Source: Parcubacteria group bacterium | GTDB lineage: Bacteria > Patescibacteriota > Minisyncoccia > Phycocordibacterales > 21-14-all-47-15 | Direction of reading: 5' to 3' | NCBI GenBank assembly: GCA_016181845.1 | Contig: JACOYO010000003.1 | Coordinates: 16,185 to 80,184, forward strand | DNA: 64,000 nucleotides | In this document: piece by piece, positions 46,082-56,288 of the stretch | Layout: every line of letters begins with the position of its first letter | Position numbering within the stretch: position 1 is the stretch's first letter | Notes under the pieces: model-generated | Database searches by the model: none | The model's input: the letters and a program-made list of their open reading frames with translations, nothing else | What the model was told of the DNA's origin: nothing | Made by a program: the position numbers and the translations under genes

Positions 46082-46351
46082 TTAATTGCCGAAAGGATTT
46101 TTATATCCCTTAAACGGGTTGGTCGTGTTCCCTGCTCCGAAAGGGTTGGTATCCGGAATTTTACCACCAACATCTTCAGCCGGATTTGAAACGTTTGACA
46201 CATTCTCCAGCGCTTTCCCAACATCAACCACATCGCTTTCTGTCGCCGGAGCAATGCTCTTTTTGTTCCAAAGAAACCATCCTGCAAGTATGATAATAAT
46301 GACCGCAACCACTATGACCAATGGTGAATATATATTTTGTTTCTCTTCCAT
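46082..46351 (-). CDS. Small single-TM protein
   Basis: N-terminal TM; C-terminal TNPF/TNPF/KNPF repeats. Confidence 0.7.
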   Translation of the reverse strand: MEEKQNIYSPLVIVVAVIIIILAGWFLWNKKSIAPATESDVVDVGKALENVSNVSNPAEDVGGKIPDTNPFGAGNTTNPFKGYKNPFGN

Positions 46352-46698
46352 ATTATATTTAGTATAGCAAGACGGTTTTTCTATTCAAGAAAAAGTTATG
46401 CACATGAGCCACACTCAAAACTCCAATTGCAAAAAAGCCCCGCGAAAGGGCTTTAGAATGTGTCTGTCTATGATACCTGTCACCAGCAGAAAGCGTGGGG
46501 ATTTTAATCCTGTGTACGCAGAGAATTATCCCCGCTTTCTGCCGGTGAATGTCCGGCAAAAAATAACCTTATTCTTTATTCTTATTTGGGAACACCAGTT
46601 TTATATTGTATCATAACTCATTCACTCCACAAGTGCATAACTTGTAAATTCAAGAATACATGACTCTTACAAAGTCATACAAATGGTAGCGCTTTGTA

Positions 46699-46820
46699 GA
46701 TGGTATGCCAGTATACTGGCATAGTCTTTGTCACTTAGTGGCTCAACCACTAAGTTGATACTGAGAGGTTGAGCCACTAAGTTTGTCAAAACAAAGAAAA
46801 CAAAGGTTAGCCCTTTGTTG
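46699..46820. repeat. Mosaic palindrome cluster
   Basis: TATGCCAGTATACTGGCATA + two TTAGTGG(C/T)T(C/G)AACC-type units + ACAAAGGTTAGCCCTTTGT. Confidence 0.8.
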
Positions 46821-46910
46821 GAGATAACTTTTTGACGACGCGGAAGCAAAAACATCTTTTATAAGCGGCGCGCGACAATACGCCACGCCGCAAAAAAAGA
46901 AATTTTAATT

Positions 46911-47120
46911 CTATTGTTTGCCCATTTTCGGAGCAACGAAGATAAGATAGATAGCCGACAAACCGACTAAATCGTAGATAATGCGGGAGAGAACGGAGGC
47001 GCTGCCAAAAAGAGTGGCCACGAGATCAAAATTGAAAAACCCGACAAGGCCCCAATTAATGCCGCCGATAATCACCAAGACGAGAGCAATCCAGTCAATA
47101 GCACTAAGTTTATTCATCAT
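46911..47120 (-). CDS. DUF378 membrane protein
   Basis: LVIIGGINWGLVGFFNFDLVA.LFG, SRIIY.LVGLSA. Confidence 0.92.
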   Translation of the reverse strand: MMNKLSAIDWIALVLVIIGGINWGLVGFFNFDLVATLFGSASVLSRIIYDLVGLSAIYLIFVAPKMGKQ

Positions 47121-47260
47121 AACGTTATGATTGTTATGTTTATAGATTAGTAAAACGACCAATATATATTATACCAAAACGCACACTTAAACGGTCAAAA
47201 GTTATCCACCTATGAAAAAACAGCCGCGGTTGTATATATCGCGGCTGTTATCATTGCTGA

Positions 47261-47980
47261 TTAAAACAAGCTTTTGGGAGGCGAGTTTTTCCTTTCCCAT
47301 GTAACCCGCAAAAGGTCATATTTATTTTCTTTATTCGCGGGATATTCCTGATAGTTATTTGGATTCTGCTTCCAGTGGACGCTGTCAATCGGCGGCAAAA
47401 TCGTATCCCCGGAAAAATTCTCACAAATTAAAAACATATATATTCTATCGGCATAATCAAGAATCCGTCGATAGAGAAGGCGGCCTCCTATAGCCACTAT
47501 TTCTTTTTCAAGACGCGGTTCTGTCTCCACTTTATATAGTTGTTTTGGGGACAATTTTTTCTCCTTAATCAGCTTTTGTCTTTGCAACTCAATATTTTTC
47601 TCGTCATTCTCATGTTTTGCTTCCTCCAACCGGTGCGTAGAGTGCCATATATTCCTCACTTTGCCGAGCGACCGCACAACTTGAACGGGATAATTTTCTG
47701 GCGGGCTGAAATTTTTATTCTTCGTCAGAATAAAACACGAGTGTCTTTTTTTGTCTGTAAGAATGTATCTGCCGTAATCGTAATTGCTAAATGCCTGAAA
47801 TGTGGTTGGTCCCATAACAACACATTTATCTCGCGTGAGAGATTCTAATTGTCTGAATACTTCCGGCATATCCTCTGCCCAAGGATACCTGTCTCCACTC
47901 CTCGTATGCCCGCCCATTTCTTGAAATATGCAAAAGCTGACTTTGAATGGATCTGTGCGCGAAGCATCGCTTGTTTGCAT
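47261..47980 (-). CDS. Divergent DHFR-fold protein 2 with charged insertion
   Basis: YPW, VVMGPTTFQ, ILT, AIGGRLLY, FSGDTILPPID, WERK; SD GGAGG before ATG 47980. Confidence 0.72.
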   Translation of the reverse strand: MQTSDASRTDPFKVSFCIFQEMGGHTRSGDRYPWAEDMPEVFRQLESLTRDKCVVMGPTTFQAFSNYDYGRYILTDKKRHSCFILTKNKNFSPPENYPVQVVRSLGKVRNIWHSTHRLEEAKHENDEKNIELQRQKLIKEKKLSPKQLYKVETEPRLEKEIVAIGGRLLYRRILDYADRIYMFLICENFSGDTILPPIDSVHWKQNPNNYQEYPANKENKYDLLRVTWERKNSPPKSLF

Positions 47981-48210
47981 GACAAAACCTCCGCAGATAA
48001 TGATTGGAATGTGTGCGTATGTCAACGTACTTCCCTTTTTATGCACTATACGCCTCCATGAGACATTTATAAAGGTTCTTAAAGGTTCCTCTTGGCAAAC
48101 CCGCGAAGAACATAATGCGCGCCGTAACCGTACTTTACAAACAGCATAGGAAAGCACAACATAAAAGACAGAAAGCATTATTTGATAATTATATAATGGA
48201 GGATTTTGCC

Positions 48211-49245
48211 ATGAGCAACAGTGACCGCCAGATCGGCCTCACCTTAACGCAACATATTCGTTTTGAGCAGACGAATCACAGAATGGCCACGGGAAAATTA
48301 TCCGGCCTCCTCAATGAAATTCTTGTGGCGGCAAAAATCATCTCGCAAGAGGTGAACACCGCTGGCTTAAAAGCAGAATTGCTTCTTGGTATGACGGGTA
48401 CCGTCAACGTTCACGGCGAAGACCGTCAGAAATTAGACGAGTATTCCAACAATACTTTCATTCACATTCTTGAGCGTTCCGGATATCTTGCCGTTATGGG
48501 TTCCGAAGAAAATGATTCGCCGATACCTATTCCGGAAACATACAAAAGCGGAAAATATGTGCTTCTTATGGACCCATTGGATGGGTCATCCAACATAGAT
48601 GTCGGTGTAAGCATCGGCACCATTTTTTCAATTTATGAACGAGTGAGCCAGAGCGGCGCCGGCACGCTCAAAGACCTGCTTCAGCCGGGGCATCGGCAGA
48701 TAGCCGCTGGATATATCTTATATGGATCAAGCACCATCTTTGTGTACACTACCCGCGGCGGAGACGTGCATGGTTTTACTCTTGACCCGCATACCGGTGA
48801 ATTTCTTCTGTCGCATCCCAACATTGTCATTCCTAAAAAAGGGACGATTTACAGCATCAACGAAGGAAATTCCAATTCATGGAGCCGCGGTCAGAGAAAA
48901 TACATTAACTATCTGAAAGCATCCGACCAAAACACCGGACGTCCATACAAAAGCCGCTATGTCGGTTCGTTTGTTTCTGACTTCCATCGCACACTGCTAA
49001 AAGGCGGCATATTCATGTATCCGTCCGACCAAAAATCTCCCAACGGAAAACTGCGGTTGGGATATGAATGCAATCCGATGGCGTTCATTGTTGAAAAAGC
49101 CGGAGGTAAAGCAAACAACGGAAGTCGCCGTATTCTTGATATCATCCCGACGACACTTCATGAAAGGACTCCGCTCTATATCGGAAGTCCCGAGGATGTA
49201 GAGATGGCGGAAAAATATTTGGCGGAAGATGCAAAAAATCGATAA
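48211..49245 (+). CDS. fbp: Fructose-1,6-bisphosphatase class I
   Basis: SEE, DPLDGSSNIDV, YSINEGN, RYVGS.V.DFHRTLL.GGIFMYP, KLRL.YE.NP. Confidence 0.95.
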   Translation: MSNSDRQIGLTLTQHIRFEQTNHRMATGKLSGLLNEILVAAKIISQEVNTAGLKAELLLGMTGTVNVHGEDRQKLDEYSNNTFIHILERSGYLAVMGSEENDSPIPIPETYKSGKYVLLMDPLDGSSNIDVGVSIGTIFSIYERVSQSGAGTLKDLLQPGHRQIAAGYILYGSSTIFVYTTRGGDVHGFTLDPHTGEFLLSHPNIVIPKKGTIYSINEGNSNSWSRGQRKYINYLKASDQNTGRPYKSRYVGSFVSDFHRTLLKGGIFMYPSDQKSPNGKLRLGYECNPMAFIVEKAGGKANNGSRRILDIIPTTLHERTPLYIGSPEDVEMAEKYLAEDAKNR

Positions 49246-49903
49246 CCAATTCTCACTCGGGAGTTCACTAATGCCATTCTTTCTTCGGCAATATGAAAAA
49301 ATAACACTCGTATGCGTCTCCGTAATCGTCTGGTATTCTTTTTACGAAATATGGGGATTGCATCACTGGACAAAAGTAATCTTGTTTGACAACGGCTGGT
49401 GGCTTGATACTCTCGGACATTTTATCGCCGGAATCCTCGGCGCTATAAATTTGCTTTGCATGTATCAAGTGTTTGATTCAAAACGAATTTTTTGTTTTGC
49501 TGGAAGCGGACATTTGGTCACCACCATCACCGGCAAAATGCTTTTCTTTGCGTTTGTGTGGGAGGTGGGAGAAATGCTCTATGACATGCAAATTGAGGCA
49601 AGCGCTCCGAATGGCACTTATCTCATTCGCGCGCAACTAAATTCGCTTGATACCGTTCTTGATATCGGCGCCACTTGGAGCGCGGCTTTCTTCACTTCTC
49701 TCGTGTATGTGGGATACAACGCGCTTCGCGAAAAAGTGTATCCTGACGAATACAAAAAAGAAGAATTGAAAGAATTTTTCAGAATGGCTTCTTACATCGC
49801 GGAAAAAACCGCCGCGTACAGAAAAGAACACCGGAAAGTTCTTCGTATGTGGTTCCGCAAAGCGCTAAAAAAACATTTTGCGGAAAAGGAAAAGAACAGA
49901 TAA
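49229..49903 (+). CDS. Hypothetical multi-TM membrane protein
   Basis: LDTLGHF, WEVGEM, DTVLDI motifs in TM helices; overlaps fbp end; start uncertain. Confidence 0.65.
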   Translation: MQKIDNQFSLGSSLMPFFLRQYEKITLVCVSVIVWYSFYEIWGLHHWTKVILFDNGWWLDTLGHFIAGILGAINLLCMYQVFDSKRIFCFAGSGHLVTTITGKMLFFAFVWEVGEMLYDMQIEASAPNGTYLIRAQLNSLDTVLDIGATWSAAFFTSLVYVGYNALREKVYPDEYKKEELKEFFRMASYIAEKTAAYRKEHRKVLRMWFRKALKKHFAEKEKNR

Positions 49904-49989
49904 CCATACCAAACTAAAAGCTCGCGTATCACATCGCGAGCTTTTTTGTTACTTGGTGGTTAAACCCCCAAGTGAAATGTTTTTGGAAT

Positions 49990-50487
49990 TCATTGTGTTT
50001 TTTCAGCAAAACGAAAAGCAAGAAAAGCGACTGCGAGCGAAAGCAAGAAAAGCGACGCGCCGTAAAAACACGGAGTGGCAAATGGGTTGGTGATGAGGAC
50101 GCCGGAGCAATTCACTCCTTCGCCGGGCGCGGCAAGATAAAATCGCACTATTTGAGATATCGCGTTTGTCCACGCAAAAAGATTGCCCGCGACTAAAAAC
50201 CACACCAGATATTTTTGTTGTTCACGCTTGCGCGATTCATCGCGGTCATACAAAATCAACAGCGACCAAACGAAGCCGGCAAGAAACGCAAACGCGCCGT
50301 AAAAGCATGGCGTCGTAGCCGGATGCGGATACATTGTTCCTGAAAATTGGAACCACGAACCGCCGTACGTAAAAAAACGCGCAAAGTCGGTGTATGTGGT
50401 ATACCACGCAAATATGGTACCCAAAAAAAGTACGAAACTCGCAAGCGCGGGCAAATGAACCCGCCATGATTGCATATTATGATTCAT
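49990..50487 (-). CDS. Four-TM protein with duplicated TPCFYGA motif
   Basis: HPATTPCFYGAFAFL and NPFATPCFYGASLFL; TATAAT just before ATG. Confidence 0.75.
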   Translation of the reverse strand: MNHNMQSWRVHLPALASFVLFLGTIFAWYTTYTDFARFFTYGGSWFQFSGTMYPHPATTPCFYGAFAFLAGFVWSLLILYDRDESRKREQQKYLVWFLVAGNLFAWTNAISQIVRFYLAAPGEGVNCSGVLITNPFATPCFYGASLFLLSLAVAFLAFRFAEKTQ

Positions 50488-50545
50488 AGATTTATATTAT
50501 AACAAACGATAAGGATTTTGCTCGTTGTTATGATAGGACTTGCTT

Positions 50546-50676
50546 TTTAAGACGTCCGACTTCTGCAATGGTAAAATATCTGCACTTGCCACAAATAAAG
50601 TAATTACCACATCAGAAGTCGGACGTCTAAACGGCCAATGTCGATGTGTTACCATTGCAGAGGTCGGGCGTCTAAA
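50546..50676. repeat. Three related ~28-bp units in inverted/direct arrangement
   Basis: AGACGTCCGACTTCTGCAATGGTAA; TTACCACATCAGAAGTCGGACGTCT; TTACCATTGCAGAGGTCGGGCGTCT. Confidence 0.75.
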
Positions 50677-50711
50677 GAGGTAATTTCTTTCCATCACAAA
50701 ACAAAAAGGAG

Positions 50712-50990
50712 GTGATAACCTTGAAAAAAACGCAAATACTTTTTAACGCAGTGGCGGGGCTCATGCTCACGGCAGGGGTAATTGCAGGATGCGGAGAAGG
50801 CCCGAATGGGCAACCACGAGACCCATTCTCACCATCGGTAAGTGACATCACTCAACCAACAACGAATCCGTCTTCTTCTTCCTCTTCCACGACGGCGGTC
50901 AGTACTTCATCGTCGCCCACCCAAAATATCTCAGGAGCCACGACTTCAACGTCTGGCGCGGCTTCTGGAGCCACCTTCATCGGCGGGTGA
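50712..50990 (+). CDS. Ser/Thr-rich putative lipoprotein
   Basis: SD AAGGAGG; lipobox IAGC; low-complexity S/T tail; start GTG 50712 or TTG 50721. Confidence 0.65.
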   Translation: MITLKKTQILFNAVAGLMLTAGVIAGCGEGPNGQPRDPFSPSVSDITQPTTNPSSSSSSTTAVSTSSSPTQNISGATTSTSGAASGATFIGG

Positions 50991-51048
50991 CCCGCCCCCT
51001 TCCTTATGCCCTCGGCAAAACATTGGTTTCTGTCGGGGGCATTCTTTA

Positions 51049-51198
51049 TTTCGTCTAGCGAGGAGCGAAATGAGAATCGCAATTCTCATTTCGTCCGAGC
51101 GAAGACGAAACACAGGTTAATACATCGCAGCTAGGCTAGCGAGATTGTACTAGCAAAGCGAGTTCCTGAAATACCTCGGAGCTTTGCTCCGAGGAACC
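51049..51198. repeat. Multi-hairpin intergenic element
   Basis: TTTCGTCT..CGAAATGAGAAT-CGCA-ATTCTCATTTCG..AGACGAAA and CCTCGGAGCTTTGCTCCGAGG. Confidence 0.55.
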
Positions 51199-51270
51199 TT
51201 TATATTTGTGCTATTTTTTATACAGTCTTCACAAAAAGAAAAACCTGTGCTATAATTGTTAAAAATCATT

Positions 51271-52092
51271 ATGCAGAAAAAATATCTCCCATCCAAACAC
51301 CGGCCGAAACAAGCGCGCGCGACAAATCAGAAAAAAACATCGTGGGGTCCGGTCGCATCATGGTATGACACTATGCTCGCGGACACGGAATCATATCAAC
51401 GGAAAGTCATCCTCCCAAACTTGCTCCGTCTTTTGGATATTAAAAAGGGAACGCGCATGATTGATATCGCCTGCGGACAAGGTTTTTTTACCAATGAGTT
51501 CGCGCGAAACGGGGCGCGTATCACCGGCACCGACATTTCTCCGGAACTTATCGCCATTGCAAAAAAAGATTCACCAAAAGAAGCTGGCTTTGCCGTCTCC
51601 CCCGCCGACACGCTTTCTTTTGCAAAAAACGATAGCGTTGACGCCGTCACTATTATTTTGGCAATACAAAACATCAACCCAATTCATACAGTCTTTCGCG
51701 AATGTTTCCGCGTCTTGCGCGCTGGCGGCACTCTCAATATGGTAATGAACCATCCGTCGTTTCGTATTCCAAAATCAAGCGATTGGCAATTTGACGCCGG
51801 CGCAAACACGCAATACCGCCGCATCAGCCGCTATCTTTCGGAATCACGGGCAGAGATTGAAATGCACCCTGGCGACAAAAAGAATGCCGCCAAAACTATT
51901 TCATTTCACCGCCCGCTTCAAGTTTATATAAAAAATCTTACCAACGCGGGCTTCCTAATTGACCGCCTGGAAGAATGGGCGTCGCACAAAAAAAGCGGGC
52001 GCGGTCCGCGGCAAACCGCAGAAGACACCGCGCGAAAAGAGATTCCACTTTTTTTATTTCTCCGCGCAAGAAAAAATACGCTGTCTAAATAA
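51271..52092 (+). CDS. Class I SAM-dependent methyltransferase
   Basis: IDIACGQG, GTDIS, NHPSF, FHRPL, EIPLFL. Confidence 0.88.
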   Translation: MQKKYLPSKHRPKQARATNQKKTSWGPVASWYDTMLADTESYQRKVILPNLLRLLDIKKGTRMIDIACGQGFFTNEFARNGARITGTDISPELIAIAKKDSPKEAGFAVSPADTLSFAKNDSVDAVTIILAIQNINPIHTVFRECFRVLRAGGTLNMVMNHPSFRIPKSSDWQFDAGANTQYRRISRYLSESRAEIEMHPGDKKNAAKTISFHRPLQVYIKNLTNAGFLIDRLEEWASHKKSGRGPRQTAEDTARKEIPLFLFLRARKNTLSK

Positions 52093-52253
52093 TCATAGAT
52101 AATCACTCATAATAACTCTTATACTTTTCTTATATTTTATACTCTTAATATATTCGCGGTCGCGAATATATTAAGAGTATGTTAAAGTCAATAAATTCAT
52201 AAATTTACATAAATTCAAAATAATAAAAATAAAATAAATTTAAACTTACGTTT

Positions 52254-52973
52254 ATGCGCATTCAAAAATATCTTTCAGGAAAAGGCATCCTCTCACGACG
52301 CGAAGCGGAGCGAGCGCTTGTGGCTGGGCGTATCCGTGTTAATGGCGTTGTGGTGAAAACGCTCGGCACGAGTGTCAATCCGGATATCGACCGCGTTGAA
52401 TTCACGGAAGGAAAAACGAAGCACGGAAAGTCAGCGCAAAAAACATTCGCTGTATACAAACCGCGCGGTATCGTTTGCTCACAAAACAGCGCGGAAGGAA
52501 AAACTATTTTTGACCTTTTGCCGGCGTTAAAAAAATTTAATCTCAATACAGTCGGGCGGCTTGATAAAGAAAGCGAGGGGCTCTTGCTTCTTTCAAACGA
52601 TGGCGTAATCGCCAGCGCCATTACCGGAGACAAGCATCTGGTTGAAAAAGAATACGAGGTAACCGTGCGCGAGCGCGTCACTCCGTCTGCGCTGAAAAAA
52701 ATGGAGAGTGGCATTAAACTGGAAGACGGCATGACGCTTCCAGCAAAAACAAAAAAAATAAAAGAGCACGTGTTTCGCATTATTCTTGTTGAGGGCAGAA
52801 ATCATCAAATACGCCGCATGACAAACGCACTGCGCCTCACGATAAGCTCACTCAAGCGCGTGCGTATCGGCAACATAACGCTTAATAATATCCCGTCCGG
52901 AACATACCGAGAATTAACCAACAAAGAAGCCCTGGATTTAAAGGATATCGCGTTTCAAAAGACAAAAAAATAA
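52254..52973 (+). CDS. rRNA pseudouridine synthase (RsuA/RluB family)
   Basis: S4 domain RIQKYLS..G..SRR; VGRLDKESEGLLLLSNDG; EGRNHQIRRM. Confidence 0.93.
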   Translation: MRIQKYLSGKGILSRREAERALVAGRIRVNGVVVKTLGTSVNPDIDRVEFTEGKTKHGKSAQKTFAVYKPRGIVCSQNSAEGKTIFDLLPALKKFNLNTVGRLDKESEGLLLLSNDGVIASAITGDKHLVEKEYEVTVRERVTPSALKKMESGIKLEDGMTLPAKTKKIKEHVFRIILVEGRNHQIRRMTNALRLTISSLKRVRIGNITLNNIPSGTYRELTNKEALDLKDIAFQKTKK

Positions 52974-52978
52974 AGTGC

Positions 52979-53232
52979 TTGACAAATATATTGAAAGGTG
53001 CTATACTTGCAACAGTATTGAAAATGACTCTTGGATAACGTAGATTAAAAATAGGTTATCATAGAAAGGAAAGGGCAAAACTTCGTACGAAATCTCGGAC
53101 AAGTTGCCGACTCTATCCCTAGTGAAAGGGATTTTGACGTCGTCAATTTATCCGAGATTTTGTTTTTTGAAACATTTTTCTCTAAAAATCGGAGAAAAAT
53201 CATAAACCACCATCTCTAGAAAGGAGACGGTC
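52979..53232 (+). promoter_or_regulatory. Promoter plus ~220-nt structured 5' leader
   Basis: TTGACA-17-TATACT with extended TG; several stems; SD sequestered in ACCATCTC/GAGACGGT hairpin. Confidence 0.6.
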
Positions 53233-53793
53233 ATGAAAACAAATCGCTCGAGCTTTCTATCAGTAATTTTCCTTTGCGCGGCGATGATTGTGTTCACCGC
53301 CGCCTCCAACGCTTCTGCCATTACTCCGGATGAGTGGCAGGAGTTAATCAACCGTTTGGAGTATTTTGATCTTATTCCGGACGGAGAAGTCGCGGTGCTT
53401 AATGACTGTGGCGTAAGAACTGAGAAATACAAAATCTTGTTCGGCGCGCTTCATGGTGTGCGCGTCAGCGGTCCGAATATGCCGCGATTTGATGAAAATC
53501 TTCCCGATAAACCGAGAATAAGGGGGAACAATTTTGTGGTAACACTCGGCGCCGGGGAAAATGGATACACCGGTCCATGGGGATATGAAATATTCACAAT
53601 CCCCAGAGACGATACCCTTTTTGCCATTATTTTGGGAAAAATGGAATCGGTGAGACCGATATGGTTTTTGAGATGGTATCCAATTTCTGCAAAAGAATTT
53701 AAAAAATTTTGCGGAAATTATGTACCATACGACCCGCTTGGAATCGGGAAAACATGGGCTCCGGATGGTAGTGGCCCATTAACATTAAAATAA
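53233..53793 (+). CDS. Hypothetical exported protein
   Basis: Signal peptide ending ASA; SD AAGGAG; terminator GCGGGCTTTG..CAAAGCCCGC follows. Confidence 0.7.
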   Translation: MKTNRSSFLSVIFLCAAMIVFTAASNASAITPDEWQELINRLEYFDLIPDGEVAVLNDCGVRTEKYKILFGALHGVRVSGPNMPRFDENLPDKPRIRGNNFVVTLGAGENGYTGPWGYEIFTIPRDDTLFAIILGKMESVRPIWFLRWYPISAKEFKKFCGNYVPYDPLGIGKTWAPDGSGPLTLK

Positions 53794-53899
53794 GCATTAT
53801 TTTGCGGGCTTTGCTAACGCAAAGCCCGCTTCACGATTATTTTTGCAAAACAAAAGGCAGTCTGAATGCTAGACTGCCTTTTAACGTACTCTGGGGCTC

Positions 53900-54241
53900 T
53901 TATTTATGGTGCGGACATTGATGCCCGTCGCCGTGGCCGCCGCCATGTTCTTCACCGCCGGCTTGGTGATGCGGACATACATGCCCGTCTTTCTGCATGT
54001 GTTCATGATTCATGCCGGGGTCAGACGGTGCTGGCGCGGGGGCAGGAGCGGCTTCAGGAGTAGCTTTTTCTCCATCCGCTTTGTGCATCGGACAACCGGC
54101 CATATGACCGCCTTCAGGGGTCATCATTTCATGACCGCCCATCCCCTTGCCTTCATCGTGACCGCCGCAGGCAAACACACTGCCCAAGCCGAAAAATAAT
54201 CCAAAAACCACTGCCAACAAAACCACAGTTGCCTTTTTCAT
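53900..54241 (-). CDS. Exported His/Met/Cys-rich small protein (putative metal binder)
   Basis: Signal peptide; CPMH, CPHH, CPHHK motifs; SD AGGAGG. Confidence 0.7.
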   Translation of the reverse strand: MKKATVVLLAVVFGLFFGLGSVFACGGHDEGKGMGGHEMMTPEGGHMAGCPMHKADGEKATPEAAPAPAPAPSDPGMNHEHMQKDGHVCPHHQAGGEEHGGGHGDGHQCPHHK

Positions 54242-54477
54242 GCATATTCCTCCTAAATGAAGGATTTATAATAGCCGTTTCGGAGGCAACATCTGCCGCA
54301 CGGCACCGTACTTCTATTACTGATTTAACGCTAGGCTTCAGCAATCCTTTTGTCAAGCCATACGTATATGAACTTGTTCAGCAATTTGTCAAATCGGTAT
54401 CCATCTTTAAAAACATCGCCGTAGTGATACACTAAAAAGCAGTTGTTCATTGTATAACATTATTCAAGGAGGCTCCA

Positions 54478-56211
54478 TTGCGAAAAATTTTTAACGCCGT
54501 TGCTTTGTATTGCTATATTCTTTTTCTATCGTCAGAAGCTCAAGCCTTCATTAAACAAAAAGAAATAGCGCTCACGTTTGATGACGAGATACGCTCTGCC
54601 CTCTTTTTTGGCAATGGCGGCCTATCGGAAACCTTAAAAGAAAATGACGCGCATGCGACTTTTTTTGTTTTGGGCTATCAGGTAAAGTCTTCTCCGGAAC
54701 TTTTCAAAACTCTCACGGCCCAAGGACATGAGATTGAAAATCACACATGGGGGCATGAAAATCTTTCCAAACTGGTAACACAGGGGGGTGTTGAAGTCGC
54801 GTTAAAAAACATTGAGAAGACGTCGTCTGAAATTCTATCTGTAACAGGACGCCGGCCAACTTTTTTACGCCCGCCGTATTGGGCGATGCCGAAAGATTTG
54901 AAAGTGGCTCTCGAAAAAACCGGCTATCGGGTGATGATGATTGGAAGTCCTGATATCAATACGCTCGATTATGAAGATGCCGACAAGAAGCGCCCGTCAT
55001 CAGTGCTTGCATCGCGAGTGATAAAAATAATAACCAAACGAGAAACGCACGGCACCTATCGGCATGTCTTGGTATTTCACCAGACGCCACAAACGAGAGA
55101 TACGTTAAGAGAAATTCTTCCGATACTTCGGCGGCAAGGATACAGTTTTGTCACGCTTCAAAAGTTTTTTACTCTTCCCGAAAAAGCGGCACAAGAAATA
55201 GATATTTTTGTTCAATATGTTTCTCTCGCAAAACCTCCACTCATTTCAGAAATACCGGTGCGCGCGCTTTATTTGAGCATTGATAACCTCTCGAACAAAA
55301 AGAAAATCGCTTCCATTGAGCGTATTCTTGAAACAACCGATGCGAATGCCTTGGTTATTGATTTCAAAATTGACGCGATTGCACCTGAAAAAATAATTCG
55401 TGGACTCTTAGCGCAATTCAAAAAATCAAAGATGTATCTGATCGCAAGAATCAGTGTCATGCAAGATTCCCGCTTCGCGCGACGCAATCCAGGCGTAGCG
55501 TTACATCGGCCGGATGGCAGCCTTTGGTGGAGCGGACGAAAAGAATGGGGGCGATACTGGGTAGACCCGGCAAGTCCAGAAGTTTTGGCCTACGCCATTG
55601 AGGTCGCGAAGCGCGCGGTAGACCTTGGATTTGATGAAATCAATTTTGATTACATCCGCTTCCCCACTGACGGCGACCTCCGTTCAATCGTGTATCCGAT
55701 TTATAATCCGAACACGGCAACAAAATCGTCAGTCATGAATCGTTTTTCGAGCGAACTCACGAAGGCATTGAGGTCCTACCGCCCGCATATCAAACTTTCC
55801 ATTGACCTTTTCGGCGAAGTAGTCGCGTTTGGTCATGAAAAAGAAATCGGACAAGAACTTTCTGGAGCCGCGACATATTTTGACGTCGTCGCTCCGATGG
55901 CATATCCGTCTCATTATCGCTGTGGCGAGTTCGGATTAAAAGACCCGACCGCGCACCCGTACCTGGTGTATATAAAAACGCTTGCTCCGGCAAAAAAATT
56001 TCTTGCAAAAAACTATCCAAAGGTAATTATTCGTCCTTGGATTCAGGCGTTTAGCATACCGAGCATTTATCGGTGCGGCCCTTACGTACCCTACGGACCT
56101 GAAAAGATACGAGAGCAAATTCAAGCAGGCATGGACCTTGATATTTCCTCCTTTATGCTCTGGAATGCCGGAAGTATTTACTCACCGCAATACTTTCTGG
56201 CAAAACAATAA
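54478..56211 (+). CDS. Polysaccharide deacetylase (CE4/NodB) fused to DUF4015-like glycoside hydrolase
   Basis: LTFDD, ENHTWGH, LRPPY, VFH; then WVDP, GFDEINFDYIRFP, PMAYPSH, RPWIQAF; SD AAGGAGG + TTG. Confidence 0.8.
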   Translation: MRKIFNAVALYCYILFLSSEAQAFIKQKEIALTFDDEIRSALFFGNGGLSETLKENDAHATFFVLGYQVKSSPELFKTLTAQGHEIENHTWGHENLSKLVTQGGVEVALKNIEKTSSEILSVTGRRPTFLRPPYWAMPKDLKVALEKTGYRVMMIGSPDINTLDYEDADKKRPSSVLASRVIKIITKRETHGTYRHVLVFHQTPQTRDTLREILPILRRQGYSFVTLQKFFTLPEKAAQEIDIFVQYVSLAKPPLISEIPVRALYLSIDNLSNKKKIASIERILETTDANALVIDFKIDAIAPEKIIRGLLAQFKKSKMYLIARISVMQDSRFARRNPGVALHRPDGSLWWSGRKEWGRYWVDPASPEVLAYAIEVAKRAVDLGFDEINFDYIRFPTDGDLRSIVYPIYNPNTATKSSVMNRFSSELTKALRSYRPHIKLSIDLFGEVVAFGHEKEIGQELSGAATYFDVVAPMAYPSHYRCGEFGLKDPTAHPYLVYIKTLAPAKKFLAKNYPKVIIRPWIQAFSIPSIYRCGPYVPYGPEKIREQIQAGMDLDISSFMLWNAGSIYSPQYFLAKQ

Positions 56212-56288
56212 CTGATCCAAAAACCCCGCGCGCCAGAATACTACGCGGGGTTTCTTTTTTTATATTTTTAGAAAAACTTTTACAAATC

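Noticed and set aside
53066-53110. c-di-GMP-I (GEMM) riboswitch
   Set aside because: Has GGCAAA...GTTGCCGA ends but lacks the GNRA stem and GACGCAAAG core and is too short
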